Shown here: in pieces, positions 1 to 12,282 of the stretch
How the letters are laid out: the number at the start of each line of letters is the position of its first letter
Position numbering within the stretch: the stretch's first letter is position 1
Source: Lama guanicoe
Taxonomy: Eukaryota
Reading direction: 5' to 3'
NCBI GenBank assembly: GCA_013239625.1
Contig: MU054187.1
Coordinates: forward strand, 4,661,757-4,725,756
DNA: 64,000 nucleotides
Position numbers and translations under genes: made by a program
The notes under the pieces: model-generated
Database searches by the model: none
The model's input: only the letters and a program-made list of their open reading frames with translations
What the model was told of the DNA's origin: nothing

Positions 1-275
1 TTGCTCTACCTGGTGATTTTACCCTGTCTAAATGCTTCACTAACAAACAAAGACAGTAAAACACTACACAACTGAGAAGCGACAAGCAAGCATAAAGGGG
101 GAAATGCCTGTGAACAGCCAAAATAGATATCGCAAAGCCCACGTGTTAGAGTGATGCTATGGTTTGCATAATTCTCAAGCCACTGTCTGCAAACAATTCT
201 AACCTACTGTGAGGACAGTGGGGAAGACCTCAGTGGTTTTAGAGACAAAAGGAACAGCTTTCTGGGAATCGTGTA

Positions 276-796
276 GTGTAGTGATTATTACCTGACTACA
301 TTTTCTCAGTTACATTTCCTAGCCCACTGTAAAGGATCTCTGTCATGATTTCAGAATGAGATGAAAAGGACTATTTACTCCCAGGACCAGTGCTTCAGAA
401 CCTGATCAGGGCAGGAAAACCTTTCATGCTCTCCTGCTCTGTTTGTGAGATAGTCCTCAGTGCTGCTCACTAAGATGTCCAGTTCCCACTATCAGAGCAG
501 TTGGTGGGGCTGCAGCCCTAATTCCTTGACAGGTGGGCAAGGCCACACGATTTGCTTTGGCCAAGGACATACGAACGGGAGCAGCACATGCCAGTTCCAG
601 TAGAAATTTAAGACCTGATTTGCTAAATTTTCTTCCCCTTGTGTGATAGCCGTAATGGTTCCCGAGGGTGGAGGTGGCATCAGTCAGGGTCTCTGGATGA
701 CGAGAACATGGGACCCAGTCATCCCTGTTGTCTGTAAGCACCACTGAGATGTGTGGACCACTTGTTACTACAGTATAGCCTTTCCTGACTGATGCA
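276..796 (+). mobile_element. Old MaLR/ERVL-type solo LTR remnant
   Basis: Starts tgtagtg; ends cttgttactacagtatagcctttcctgactgatgca, resembling MLT1/LTR16 3' termini; family uncertain. Confidence 0.4.
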
Positions 797-1009
797 TACA
801 CCTACATTAACTGAACATACAGAGGAACCCCTATATCACTCCTCAATGGGTATTTTATCTTACACATGGTCATACAAACTCAGATTATCTGACATTCAAG
901 ATTACAACAAATTATGAGGTTGTGACTTCTATAGGTAGATCTAATGATTGCCTTTAAAAAGAACAGCTGGGGAAAAAAAGAAACAGCTGGTAGATAAAGT
1001 GAATACATA

Positions 1010-1142
1010 ATGGAAAATAATCTGAAAAAAATATATATATAGTTATGTATATGTATAACTGAATCGCTTTGATGTACACCTGAAACTAACATTGTAAACT
1101 GACTGCACTTCAATAATAAATAAGAATTTTTTTATAAAAAAG
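1010..1142 (+). mobile_element. L1 3' end fragment
   Basis: tgtataactgaatcgctttgatgtacacctgaaactaac..ttgtaaactgact..cttcaat plus A-rich tail; the same motif recurs at 11433 and 48637. Confidence 0.7.
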
Positions 1143-1721
1143 AGAATACAGTTGGCCTTTGAACAATATAGGCTTGAACTACATGCACAAGAGTGAACTT
1201 AGGTGTAGATTTTTAGAGATGCTTTTTAGAAGATGATGCTAGACTTTGGAAACAGAAAAGAGAAGCAGATTAAATGACATAAAAATAGAAGCCTTTGAAA
1301 TAAACCTAAGGAAATGTAACAGACATACACCTGGAGCTTAGCTATGTGCCTTTCTGACACCTTTGAGGAGTGGGTAGGGTGAGCTGTAAGTCGAAGAGGA
1401 CGGCAGCATTTCCTTTGGCATAAAGTCCTTGTGGGGTTTAGAAAAATCCTTTTTGCATTTCCACAGAGTCGGGGCTTTTCAAATACATTCTGCTGAAAAG
1501 ACTGGATCCTGGGCCAAGAGCAAGCCCTGGGAAGTGAACTGACGACTCTACAGATGGTGAGCGAGCCAGAGAGAGAAGGCGAGAGGCTCTCGGGGGATGT
1601 GTCTACAGAGAAAGGGAAAGTGAGGCCCAGGACTCGGAAGACAACTCTATGACCTGCCATTTGAAAACTTTCCATAAAGAAAAGTCTAAGCCCAAATGCC
1701 TTAACGAATAAATTCTATTCA

Positions 1722-1916
1722 CTTTTTCTTTTTTTTTTTTAACTGAAGTACCATCAATTACAGCGTGTCCATTTCTGGTGCACAGCACAATGTCCCAGTC
1801 ATGCATATACGTACATAAAATTCGTTTTCATATTATTTTTCATTAAAGGTTATTACAAGACATTGAACATAGTTCCCTGTGCTGTACAGCAGAAACTTTT
1901 TTTAAAATCTATTTTT
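1722..1916 (-). mobile_element. 5'-truncated L1 3' end
   Basis: Poly-T then aactgaagta..tacagcgtgtccatttctggtgcacagc, the reverse complement of the same L1 3'UTR family. Confidence 0.7.
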
Positions 1917-2019
1917 ATTATTCACATTTAAAGAAGAAAGAAACACCAACAGAGTAGAAACTCTTCATGGAACTTTTCTTTTTGAAGTGGGACTACTTCC
2001 CTGTACATTCAGTGAGGCC

Positions 2020-2120
2020 AGAATAAACTTGACAAGGACATTGTAAGAAGGAAAAACTATAGACCAATATCATTCATGAATATAAAATGTGAAATTCCAA
2101 ATAATATTAGCAAATTAGAG
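2020..2120 (+). mobile_element. Degenerate L1 ORF2 fragment
   Basis: aactatagaccaatatcattcatgaatata translates NYRPISFMNI, like the L1 reverse-transcriptase motif NYRPISLMNID. Confidence 0.6.
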
Positions 2121-2509
2121 TTCCATTTCCATCAGTGATAAATTGGGTTGTATCAGACCGATCTCCTAATAAGCTATAAATTCTGGACACGAGTGTGACA
2201 AACACAGACAGATGTCGCAGGCGATCTGAGCTTTAGCAGAAGGGAATCGAGGTAGGTTGATCTACATTTACTGACTAACCCAACGCCCCCCCTCCCCTCA
2301 AATTGTGCTGCACACAAGAAACGGCTCACAAAGAGAGAAGCAAGCTCATGGGACCGAGAATTCAGAAGTCAAGAGTTTGAGGCTGGAATAATAAAATGTA
2401 GGGCATAAACAATAGTAAAATATATGTAAATAACTTGGAAATGATTTTTGAGTATTTAATATGAGTTTGAGTTTTTAATATGACTTCATTGTAAGTTTAT
2501 GTAATTTTT

Positions 2510-2765
2510 TTCTATTTTTACTTTTTTATTGAAATCTAGTTGATTTACAACATTGTGTTCCTTCCAGGTGTACAGCAGTGATTCAGTTATACATATATAG
2601 GTATATATCTATATTCTTGTTTGATTATTTTCCATTATAAGTTATTACAAGATATTGAATATAGTTTTCCCTGTATTGTACAGTAAATCCTTGTTGTTTA
2701 CCTGTTTTATACATGGTAGCGTATACCTGTTAATCCCATACTCCTAATTTATCCCTCCCCCCACC
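2510..2765 (-). mobile_element. L1 3' end fragment
   Basis: tttttattgaaatctagttgatttacaacattgtg..ccaggtgtacagcagtgattcagttatac. Confidence 0.7.
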
Positions 2766-2929
2766 ATCCTCCTTAATTTTTAATAATGGCTGTAAAATTC
2801 CTAAAAATGTAACAATAGGCTCTCCTGAGCCCAGATAAGCCACCTCCTGCACACCACTGACTTTAAGGATGTTGAAAACACAGCTTGGCTGTCCTAGCTG
2901 TCACTCAGACTACTGAAATACAGATTTTC

Positions 2930-4040
2930 CTCTTCATGAACTTCATAGTGAACTTTGGTGCAGCAATCTCTTCTCTTAATCCAAGGGCATGTTCCAGTCC
3001 TAATCTTGATTATCTGCAGGAGATGACACTGTTGGGCTCCTCTTGGAAACCTCACTATCACTAGTTGCTCCAGTCCCTTGTCTTCAGCCTCCCTCTCTGA
3101 CCATGTTCTCCATTCTCTACCGAGTCCTTCCGTGTTGGTAATTCTGAGTATTCTCGGTCCTCAACTCTTATCACATTTCACACCGTCCCAGAGAGCCTCC
3201 TCCAGTCTGCTATCAGCTAGATGCAACCAACACCAAATCCCTATCTAATCTTCAACCCAAATTTTTTCCTAACACCTAGATCCACATTTGTGACTGGTCC
3301 ACGGCGTATCTTCCTCCTAGCATCCCACATCAACTTCAGAATCAAAATGTCCATCACGCTCTTTCCCCTTGCGATTTGATGACTATCTTTAGTGTTATGT
3401 TTGAAGTCCTTCCTCTTTGTGTGTGTGTATCTGTTAGAGATTTCTGATTGCCATGAGGTTTATATATAGCAACCTATAAATATATATATGATTAAGTTGA
3501 TGATCTCTTAAATGACCTCTTTTATTTTATTTTGTATCTATATGATTCAATAGATGTTCACTAAACCTATTGTGGTGAACATTTCATGATGTATGTCAGT
3601 CAAATCATTATACTGTACCCCTCCAACATATACAATGTATATACAAGGCAGTTATACCTCAATAAAACTGGAAGAAAACAAAACAAAATCACACGATGTC
3701 CACAACACATTCATTTCTTTCTTTCAAAGTGTGCTTTTCCCTTTCAACCCAATAATTTACAAGTAACACCATTTAGCAAATCACCTAATCAAAGCATGAG
3801 TGTCATTCTCTTTCTTTCATATAGTCCCTATGGAAGACTCCAACACCAATTGGGTCTGACCCTAACATCCCTGCCAATTATTGCTTCTCTCTTTACTCAC
3901 TGCCACTGATGAAACTTAAGTCCCAATCACCACTTATTGTTGAAATAACCTTCTAATTTCCTGACTCTGATTCATCTTATACAGTGATGGCTCTGTTATC
4001 TTTCTAAATCACAAATCAGTTAAGGGTTCCCAATTGCCTT
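2930..4040. mobile_element. Degenerate L2 fragments interrupted by an L1M fragment (~3540-3690)
   Basis: Pyrimidine-rich L2-like text (ctagatccacatt, catcaacttcagaatcaaaatgtcc); internal L1 3' end gcagttatacctcaataaaactgg. Confidence 0.45.
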
Positions 4041-4044
4041 AAAC

Positions 4045-5045
4045 CAGTGGTTCTCAACCATGGCTGCACAACAAAATTATCTGGGGAGGTTTTTTCAACC
4101 AACTTTATAAATGAATAATTTAGATATAATAAAGTACAGCCATTTTAAGTATACAGCTCGATGTGTTTTAAACAAATATATATATACTGTGTGACTATCA
4201 CCACCAATCAAGATAGAAAATATTTCCATCATCTCGAAAGTTCCCATGTGTCCAACTTTTTCAGTCAAACTCCCCAAAGAGATGACTCCAACCAACCACT
4301 GTCAGTAGCTTTCTGCCAGTAAAGGTAAGTTTTGCCTGTTCTAGAATTTTGTATAAATTGAATGTTTACTCTTTTGCAGCTGGCTTCTTTCACTCAAGAG
4401 AATGTCTTTGAGATTCATCCATGGTGTATGAATCAGCAGTTTCTTCCTTTTTTACTGTTGAGTAGTGCCCTACTGCATAAATTTCTCAAAACGTTGTCCA
4501 TTCATTTGTTGATGGACATGGGGATTGATTCTAGTTGGGGACTATATTATGAATCAAGCTCCTATGAACACTTGGGTACAAATATTTTTGTAAACATACG
4601 TTTCCATTCCTCTTGGGCCAATACTTAGGAGTGGAAACACTGGGTCTTACTATAACTGAATATTTAACTTTAGAAGAAACTGTCTATTTCCCAAAGTAGC
4701 TGCACCCTTCTACATTCCCACCAGCACTGCGGGCGAGTTCCAGGCAGAAAGCCAGGGCAAACATAGCTCATCTTGCTTGCTTCCCTTCTCTGGCATAGCT
4801 CACATCTGCACAGCCTGTAATTAAATAATCATCTGAAGATAATCGTTTCATATATTTTGTCTAGTTTTTTCATTGTTGGGAGTGGAAGGGCAAGGTACAC
4901 TGACTGTCATGGCCGGAGCAAAATCCACTTGGGGAGTATCTTTAAAACACCTGATGCTTGAGTCCCAGCCCGTTCTAATTAAATCTGAATTCCTGCTGGG
5001 GGGGGGGGCGGCTCTAATGTGCACCCTCCTTGAGAATCACTGGCC
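4045..5045. mobile_element. MER5A-like hAT element split by an antisense L1M 3' segment (~4096-4870)
   Basis: Left end cagtggttctcaacc (4045) and right end ttgagaatcactg (~5031-5042) are MER5-type termini; the interior is typical antisense L1M 3'UTR (aataaagtacagccattttaagtatacag.., cattcccaccagca). Confidence 0.6.
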
Positions 5046-5869
5046 CAGGGTGTAATACTCAAGACCCTTCAGCATCTGTCCTAAGCCTCATCTCCAGTCT
5101 AGACCCGCACCCAGACTCCCCAACCATCTTTTGTCATTTCTCCTAAGATTCAACCATGGAGGACTTTATCAACACGAACATGGTATTTCAAACCTGTGCC
5201 TTCCCCTGTGGTCCCTTTTGGTCCAAAATCTACTGGAAGTACATACCCTTCAAGATTCAGCCAAAATGCCACTGCCTCTACGGGATATAAAGAGCCAGTG
5301 ATTTCTAGGGCAGAATGTTGTAATAAAAAGAGTATTGGGACAACCAACAAATGCACGGTTTAGTTTCTGGCACCGTCATTTACACACGGTGAGTTGAGTC
5401 GTTATTTGTCGTCTGGTTTCCTCAGGTATGACACGGAAATAACAATACTTCCTTGGCAGAGGGATAGGGTTACGGTTAGACTACACATAGGATGTACCTA
5501 GCCTGGTGCACACAGGTGGCGCCAACAGAATACTCCCCTCACACCCCATGTTCCACTCATAACATTCCCTGCAAAGCTCTAATGCAAGTGGCATTTTATT
5601 ATTTGTTTACATCTCTCTTTCCCCCACTGGATTGTGAGTTTTTTAATGACCGGGACTACTTCTTTTTACCTTTGCATCCGGGGGCATAAAAGTGCCCGGG
5701 ATAAAGCAGGAGTTTGAACAAATTTCAGACGAAAGAAGAGGGTGTAAGGAGCTTCTAGCTCTGATTGCAAAGAGCGTTTACGGTGTTCTTCAGCCTCAAC
5801 GCCAACTCAGGCTTTGGTGGCAACGTTCACCAGATGAAATTCCCAGAGGACGTTTTCACTGTTGGGTTA

Positions 5870-6530
5870 CAAGACCCCGCAAGTCCGTGCTGCCCTCCCG
5901 GGCGGCCCCAGCACCCTCGGGCGTCGGGCACAGGGAAACTCGCCTCGGGCCCGACTTCCTGGAAGGAGAGCGCGGGACCGGGCAGGTGGGCGGGCGCCGG
6001 AAGGAGGGCGCGGGCTGCGGGGGAAGCGGGCCGCGCAGGGACCGCCCCGCCCCGCGGTTGCCAGGCAACCGGCCCCGGAAGTCGCGGGAGGCGCGTCGGC
6101 AGCGGCGCCGGGAGCCGGTGAAAGATGGCGGAGGGCGGCGGCGGCGGCGGCGGCGAGGCGGGCGACCCGGAGCCGAGGGCTGCGGGGCCGCGGCCGCCGA
6201 GCGCGCGGGACCTGCAGGTGCGGCGAGCGACCGGGGCGGGGGCGCGGCGGCGGGGGCGGCGCGGCCGGGGGGCGTGTCGGGACCGCCTGAGGGCTCGGCC
6301 GAGCCTTCCCCGGACCCCGCCTGGGGACCGAGCTGGGACTCCGGCGCCGCGGGTCTCCCCGGGCGGCGCGCCCGACGGCGGCGTCGGTGGACACAGGTGT
6401 CCGAGCCCGGCTCTCCTGGGAGCCTGCGCCTCGTTCTCCCTCCCCTCCATTTGCAGTTTAAGCCGCAGCTGTGGATTTAGAGTGGCATTTGGTGGGGTCG
6501 GTGGAGGGCTTCACGCGTTGATGCCTCCGT
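5870..6530. promoter_or_regulatory. UBXN2B: CpG island / promoter of UBXN2B
   Basis: Very GC- and CpG-dense stretch spanning exon 1. Contains GC boxes (ccccgccccgc ~6045), ETS/GABP-type CCGGAAGT (6075-6082) and YY1-type AAGATGGCGG (6122-6131). Boundaries approximate. Confidence 0.9.
6125..6217 (+). CDS. UBXN2B: UBX domain protein 2B (p37), coding exon 1
   Basis: ATG 6125; translates MAEGGGGGGGEAGDPEPRAAGPRPPSARDLQ, matching the UBXN2B N-terminus (..GPRPPSARDLQ); donor GT at 6218; 93 nt. Confidence 0.95.
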
Positions 6531-7404
6531 CAGGAGACTCACCTGCTGTGGTCGTGGGGAAGTCAGCGGTCACTGAGAAAGTAACAGCGTGTGCTGCTCT
6601 GAGCTTTCTTGTCTTGGATGCTGTTTCTGGCTTGATTACTTAGATATAAAAAGGCTTCCTTTTTATCAGATAGCTTTTCCCTTTTAAAGGGGTGAACTAA
6701 GAAGTATTTCATCTACGGCTGCGCAGCCTAGTTACCAGGTACTGTCTAAACTACTGCACGTAAGAAACCGGGAAATAAAACTTTATAGGACATTGACGTT
6801 AGGTAAATAGGAGCGCACCAAATCTTGCTGTCAGATGCTTAACACTACTCGTTTTAGGTTTGGTTTTGTTTTGTTTTTCACTGTCTCTTTATAAGGTCGT
6901 TGATAAAACTCAACAACTAAACATCTTTAAAGAGGTATAACTAAAAACAAATGAGACTGAATCCACAAGCCTTGGTAGGAAAATTCTATTACTTTATCGC
7001 CATACCTTCATTCTACTTCTTTCAACAAACATATTGACCACCTGCCACGTAACATACTGCTAAGCTCTGAGAATGCAGAAATAAATAGGACATGAGGTCC
7101 ACAGTTGGTGCTGGGACACTGTTGAAGGGTATAGAAGTGTAAAGGCATTTCTGTGTATTATTTGCAGAAATAAGATATGAATGTATTTAGCATAATATTT
7201 GAAGATGGAATATGATTGAAATGCCAAGATAAGCAGTGCATAAAATGATGGATTTGGAGGATGGAGTGATTAGTGTCGGGTTACTAGATGAACTCAGTGT
7301 AGAAGAGTTCCAGTGTTCAGAAGTCAGTTCAGTAGCATAAACAGAATTAAGGAACAGGAAGATCTCGTCTACCTCATCTTTTCTATTGAAGACCACTGTC
7401 ACTA

Positions 7405-7640
7405 AGAGGCAGCACGGGCTGTTGGGGAAAAAAATGAATTTCTGGTCAGAACAACTTCGGTTTGCATCTTGGCTCTGCTACATAGTAGTTGTGTGACTAT
7501 AGGAGAAATGTCTTAACCTCTCTGATCCTCAGCGTCTTTATGTGTAAACTCAGGGTGATGTTGGTGGTGTCAAGGTTGAAATAAATGTCTGTAAAGTCCC
7601 TGTTCAGTCCCAGATTATCCCGGCTCAGTACTGCTTAGTA
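7405..7640 (+). mobile_element. MIR SINE
   Basis: MIR core ggctctgctacatagtagttgtgtgact..ttaacctctctgatcctcag..tgtaaa. Confidence 0.65.
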
Positions 7641-10339
7641 AATACTTGGTTCTTTTTCCCTTAAAAGAGTAGAATACAATAACTTTCACTGGGTAGTCCA
7701 TTCTAATGCCTTTAGGGTTTAAACTATGTAACTTAATATCCTTTCTCTAATTTAAATCTATTTGTTCTTTTTATGTGAAAACGGAAAACATCTTGGTTAA
7801 TGATCACCTGATACCTGACAAATTTAGACTTAATCCAGTGGAGTAAGATATGATTGATAGCTGGAGATGTGACAGATGTTGCTAATTGTCAGAATGCCTT
7901 CCTTTCCACTATCAATTAGAAAACAAGGGTGTTTTTTATCCCCTGTCTACTTTCTGGTAGGTGGGTTTAGGTAGATAATTGTTTTTTTTTAATGACTGTG
8001 ATTTGGTATATCAGATACACTAAGTATTGATGATGTTTTCTTTAGAATTTAATAAGAATATGAAGAAGTTGCATAGAAACCTGAAAATAACCAAAGAGAT
8101 GACATCTGAAGAAATAGTATATGGATCAAAGGTTTAAAAGAATTGGATAATGTTCTTCTCCCCAGCTGGTTTCTTGAATATTGATTATTTGGGGATTATC
8201 TTGTTTAATCTAGCCATGCCTCTTTTAAGAGTTACCCTGTTAGTTGGTTTCAGTAGGTACTTTTTACTTTCCTGACATCTTGCTGTAAGAGTCTTTTGCA
8301 GTGTTATGGAGGAGAAGGGTGATGTATTACTAACCGGAACAAGCAAACACCCCCACCCCTACCCCCACCCCCACCGACGGTCTTAGTTGCCATGCCACCT
8401 AGGGCTTGTTGGCATCTAAACCAGGAGAGATCTCCTCATTCTCCACTAGAGGAAAAGATGGGTAGTCATCTCCCAGGAAGTCTCCCAGCACAGTGAGCCT
8501 CTGACTCACAAACCATAGAAATTTCCCCTGGGTCTCAAACCAGGAATAGATCTTAGCCCTCTTCCTCCAAAATTGGGAATGTTCAGTGGAAAGTTTGGGA
8601 CAGGACTGACAGTACGAACCCTAAAACCCCTGGTGTTCATTAGTATTTCTGAACATTTTCAGAGCCCTTTGTCTCTCCTGGTGCCCCCGAGGCTGTCCAC
8701 GCACATCGAGTTAATGGTTAAGGTATTTAATCGTATACTTCTGTCCCAGTTTTCTTCCAGAATAATATCAAAAGAAAAAGGGCTGTTTTCAATTCTTTAT
8801 TTCCAAGTAGGACGGAGTTGGGGAGAATTAGGGCCAACTTCAGTACTTATTAGGGTTAGGGGGCAAAAAAGGGAGTTCTAGGAGAGAGGAAAGAGCAAGA
8901 GTGTCTGATGCTGTTAAACTTGCCACCAGTGCCCTAATCCTGTCAGAGAGCAAGGTTCTGTATCATTGATTCTCAGTTTTAAAGTTCATGGAAATCATGC
9001 GGAAGGCTCGTTTTAAGCACAGGTTGCCGGGCCCCAGCCCAGGGTTCTAACTCATTTGTTGTTGTTTTCTACTGGTTTAGACTAATACACCAGTTTATTT
9101 TGATAAGTTTAAATGATCATTTCCTCTTCTGATGTGGTGTCATGTGCTATGTCAAATAATAGAAATGAACTTTCTTTAATATATTTGCTTACCAACTTAT
9201 GTCATATGATGGATCCTGGCGTTAGTTCCTCGAAATACCATTCATTTTCCCCTCTCAGCTAAGTGGAATCCCTGCTCTAGTTATGTGATTTTCTCCATAT
9301 TCCTATTTTGTTAATATATATTCCATATTCTATGGAGTCAAAAGGCATTGTTTGAGTTACTCTGTTTTTTACAGAAGAAAATTATTATTTGATTGACAGA
9401 GTTTATTCAGATCTGTTGACTAATAGAGTCTTCAGAGAATTAACTTTGCCCCAATTCCCTGTTTTTCTTTTCCTAGTGAGAAAAGAATCCCTTAGAGGTA
9501 TTTTTGTATTTCTCATGTTTCTAGAAGGAGCACTTTATCTGGGTTTTTAGGGAGTTTTTTTGACTTTTTTTTTAAGATTTTTCCAAAGATTATGGTCATG
9601 CCAGTTCTAATTGAATAGCCACAAGGGGCATTAAGGAAAGTTTTTGACTTCTTGTCCAAGTCTGTCAAAAGTGGAAACAAAATAACTTACACAGTAGTGA
9701 AACATTTGGATAACTTTTTAAAATTCCATTTTCAAAAACTATGTTTACTTCATTTCGAGGCTATCCTGCCATATATCAATAAAGCATAATTTGGCAATTT
9801 TGCTTTCTAAAAGTTATATAAAATGTATGTATATAATTCATTGTCCTTTATTTTTTAGAAGCTCATTTTCCTAAACTTGATGAAATTTATATGTCTGGTA
9901 AACCTTTAATTAGAATAATTTTGGAATTTCTTTATGTGCTCAGATTTTGAGAACTAGAACAGCTAAATGAAGTATTTTAAGGTATCTGATGAGAGCAACC
10001 TGACACTAGTGTGAAACAGCTTCAAGAATTGTAGGCCCAACTTTGAAAATGATTTGTTACCAAATACAGTTTTTGAAACTTGACTAGTTCATTAAAAATA
10101 ATTAAACACTTATTGTAACTTTAATTCATCCTACTATATTTGGCATTTTGGTTAGTTTTATAAAATGAGAGATGCAATGGTTTTGTTCTGGAACGGAGTC
10201 ATCTGTAACGACAGCCTTTACTTCTCATTAGAAATCTGCTGCTCAGATACAAGCTGATTTTCTACTCGAAACTTCGCATTGCGGGGAAGGGTTTGTTTCT
10301 AGTGGCTTTATACTGTATGACAAATCTGTTGTTTCATAG

Positions 10340-10443
10340 TTGGCCTTGGCAGAATTATATGAAGATGAAGTGAAATGCAAGGCTTCCAAAGCTGATAGAC
10401 CTAAAGCTACAGTCTTTAAAAGCCCACGAACACCACCTCAAAG
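10340..10443 (+). CDS. UBXN2B: UBXN2B exon 2
   Basis: catag acceptor; LALAELYEDEVKCKASKADRPKATVFKSPRTPPQ(R); gtaag donor; 104 nt. Confidence 0.96.
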
Positions 10444-11432
10444 GTAAGTTTTGTTTTGTTTTTTTAAAATTGTATCTCTTTTTAGAGCACTAATCCCAAA
10501 TTATTTTAAATGGCCTTGGGAATTTTTTTAAACCACAATTCTTTAAAATAAATATTTTAGGCGTACTATTTCTAAAACTGTAATAGTCAGAAAGCTAGAA
10601 GAAACTTATGGGAAAATTGTTATCTTAAATCCCCAATATTTTGGTAGACATTATATAGCATTTTATACTGAGTAGTATTTTTCTTGGGCACAGTGGTTCT
10701 TTTTTAAGTCACAGAACTCACTGAGGATCTGACAAAAGCTACAGTCCGTCTCCCACAAAACAACAGATATGCACAATTTTGTCAGTCGTTTTTAAGGGTT
10801 TTTGTGTTTCTTAAAGCCCACCCATGAGCCCCTGTGTCTTTTGTCCTCCGTTTAAGAATCTATAATTTCAGAAATCTGTCCTCCCATTGGGTGGTGACCC
10901 ATCAAGTAAGTGATTTTCTAGATAGTATTTGCGTTTGTTTAAATTCCTGGATTATAAAAAGAACCAGCCTTGAAGATTTAATAGGTAAGAACCAGGTGTA
11001 TTTTCTTATCATGAGTTTTCTGGTTTCCAGGAACATTTTCATTAATGTCTTTTTAGTACTGCAAATCTCATCAGTGAGGAGAAACTTGAATTTTCCCAAT
11101 ATATCTCATTCTCAGAAAGTCTGTTATTTTACCAAAAATTGAAAAATTCACTGGAAATTCTTTCTTTCATGTTTGTCACTACTCCACATTCTTTCTTTCT
11201 TTGGGAGAGATAAAAATGACATTTTTCTGGACCTGAATAGAAAGAAAGACTTTTATAATTTTTACTCCAAGTTTTTATTTTACAAATTTCTCAAATCTAT
11301 AGGTAACCAAAAGATTGTGACAGTGAGTATATGCTGTATCTGCTGCACCGACACTCCCCAGTGCTTAACGTGTTACAGCAGCCCGTTCATGCACACTCTC
11401 TTTTACTCGACTATTTGAAAGTAAATTGCAGT

Positions 11433-11549
11433 ATGTATGTTCATGTATGACTGAAGCTTTATGCTGTGCACCAGAAATTGACACAACATTGTAAACTGAC
11501 TATACTTCAATAAATACGTATTTATATATTTATACAAAAAATAGAGAAA
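11433..11549 (+). mobile_element. Very short L1 3'-end insertion with perfect 16-bp TSD
   Basis: GAAAGTAAATTGCAGT at 11417-11432 and 11550-11565 flanks ..ttgtaaactgactatacttcaataaa.. and an A-rich tail. Confidence 0.85.
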
Positions 11550-12206
11550 GAAAGTAAATTGCAGTCATCATAGCACTCCATCCCCAGATATGTCAGCCTA
11601 CACCATCCCCTAAGAAGGACACTCTCCTTTATAACAAATAACATCTCACACCTTAGAAAATGAACACTAATAGCATAAAATCATTTAATACATAGTCCAC
11701 AGTCAGATGTGTCTTAGAGCCCAACCAAGGGCCATACATTCCACTGATGATGCCTGTCTTGACTCCTAATCCAGAGAATTCTTCCCACTTCTTTGTTGTC
11801 TGCTCTTAGCTCATCTTTATAGTCTAAAATTTATTACATTGACTTTGAAGAGCCTAGGCCAGACGTCTTGTAAAATGTCCCACATTCAGGGTCATTCTTT
11901 TCTCATGATTAGATTCTTGTAAACGTATTTGTCAAGAGTGCTAGTAAGTGATATTGTCTGCTATTAATTATGTCACATCAGGAGCCATATAATTTCAGGT
12001 TGCCCCACTATTGGTGATATGTTCACTTGGTTAAGGTGCTGACCACCACATCACTCCATTGTAAGGTACAGTTGTCCTCTATAATCTGCAGGTTGGTATC
12101 ATGGCGCTATTTGAATATCCTATCCTTTTATTTAATTCTTACTTGATATATACGTGTGTGTGTATCTGTACATACATACATACGAATATGTAATTCACAT
12201 ATTGGT

Positions 12207-12282
12207 GGGGAAGGGTATAGCTCAGTGGTAGAGTGCATGAGGTCCTGGGTTCAGTCCCCAGCACCTCCATCAAAATAATAAA
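12207..12282 (+). mobile_element. tRNA-derived SINE (camelid Vic-1/SINE_Vpa-like), internally deleted
   Basis: ggggaagggtatagctcagtggtagagtgcatgaggtcctgggttcagtccccagcacctcc plus A-rich tail; Pol III A and B boxes. Confidence 0.8.

Noticed and set aside
1226..1675. 149-aa minus-strand ORF
   Set aside because: No recognisable domain, non-ATG start and no convincing splice context.
5692..6643. Several long overlapping ORFs (118-262 aa) on both strands
   Set aside because: Expected from stop-codon depletion in a CpG island; low-complexity Arg/Gly/Pro/Ala products. Only 6125-6217 is a real exon.
12207..12282. tRNA-like sequences (also 15998, 18858, 34623)
   Set aside because: A-rich tails, TSDs and disrupted stems show they are tRNA-derived SINEs, not tRNA genes.
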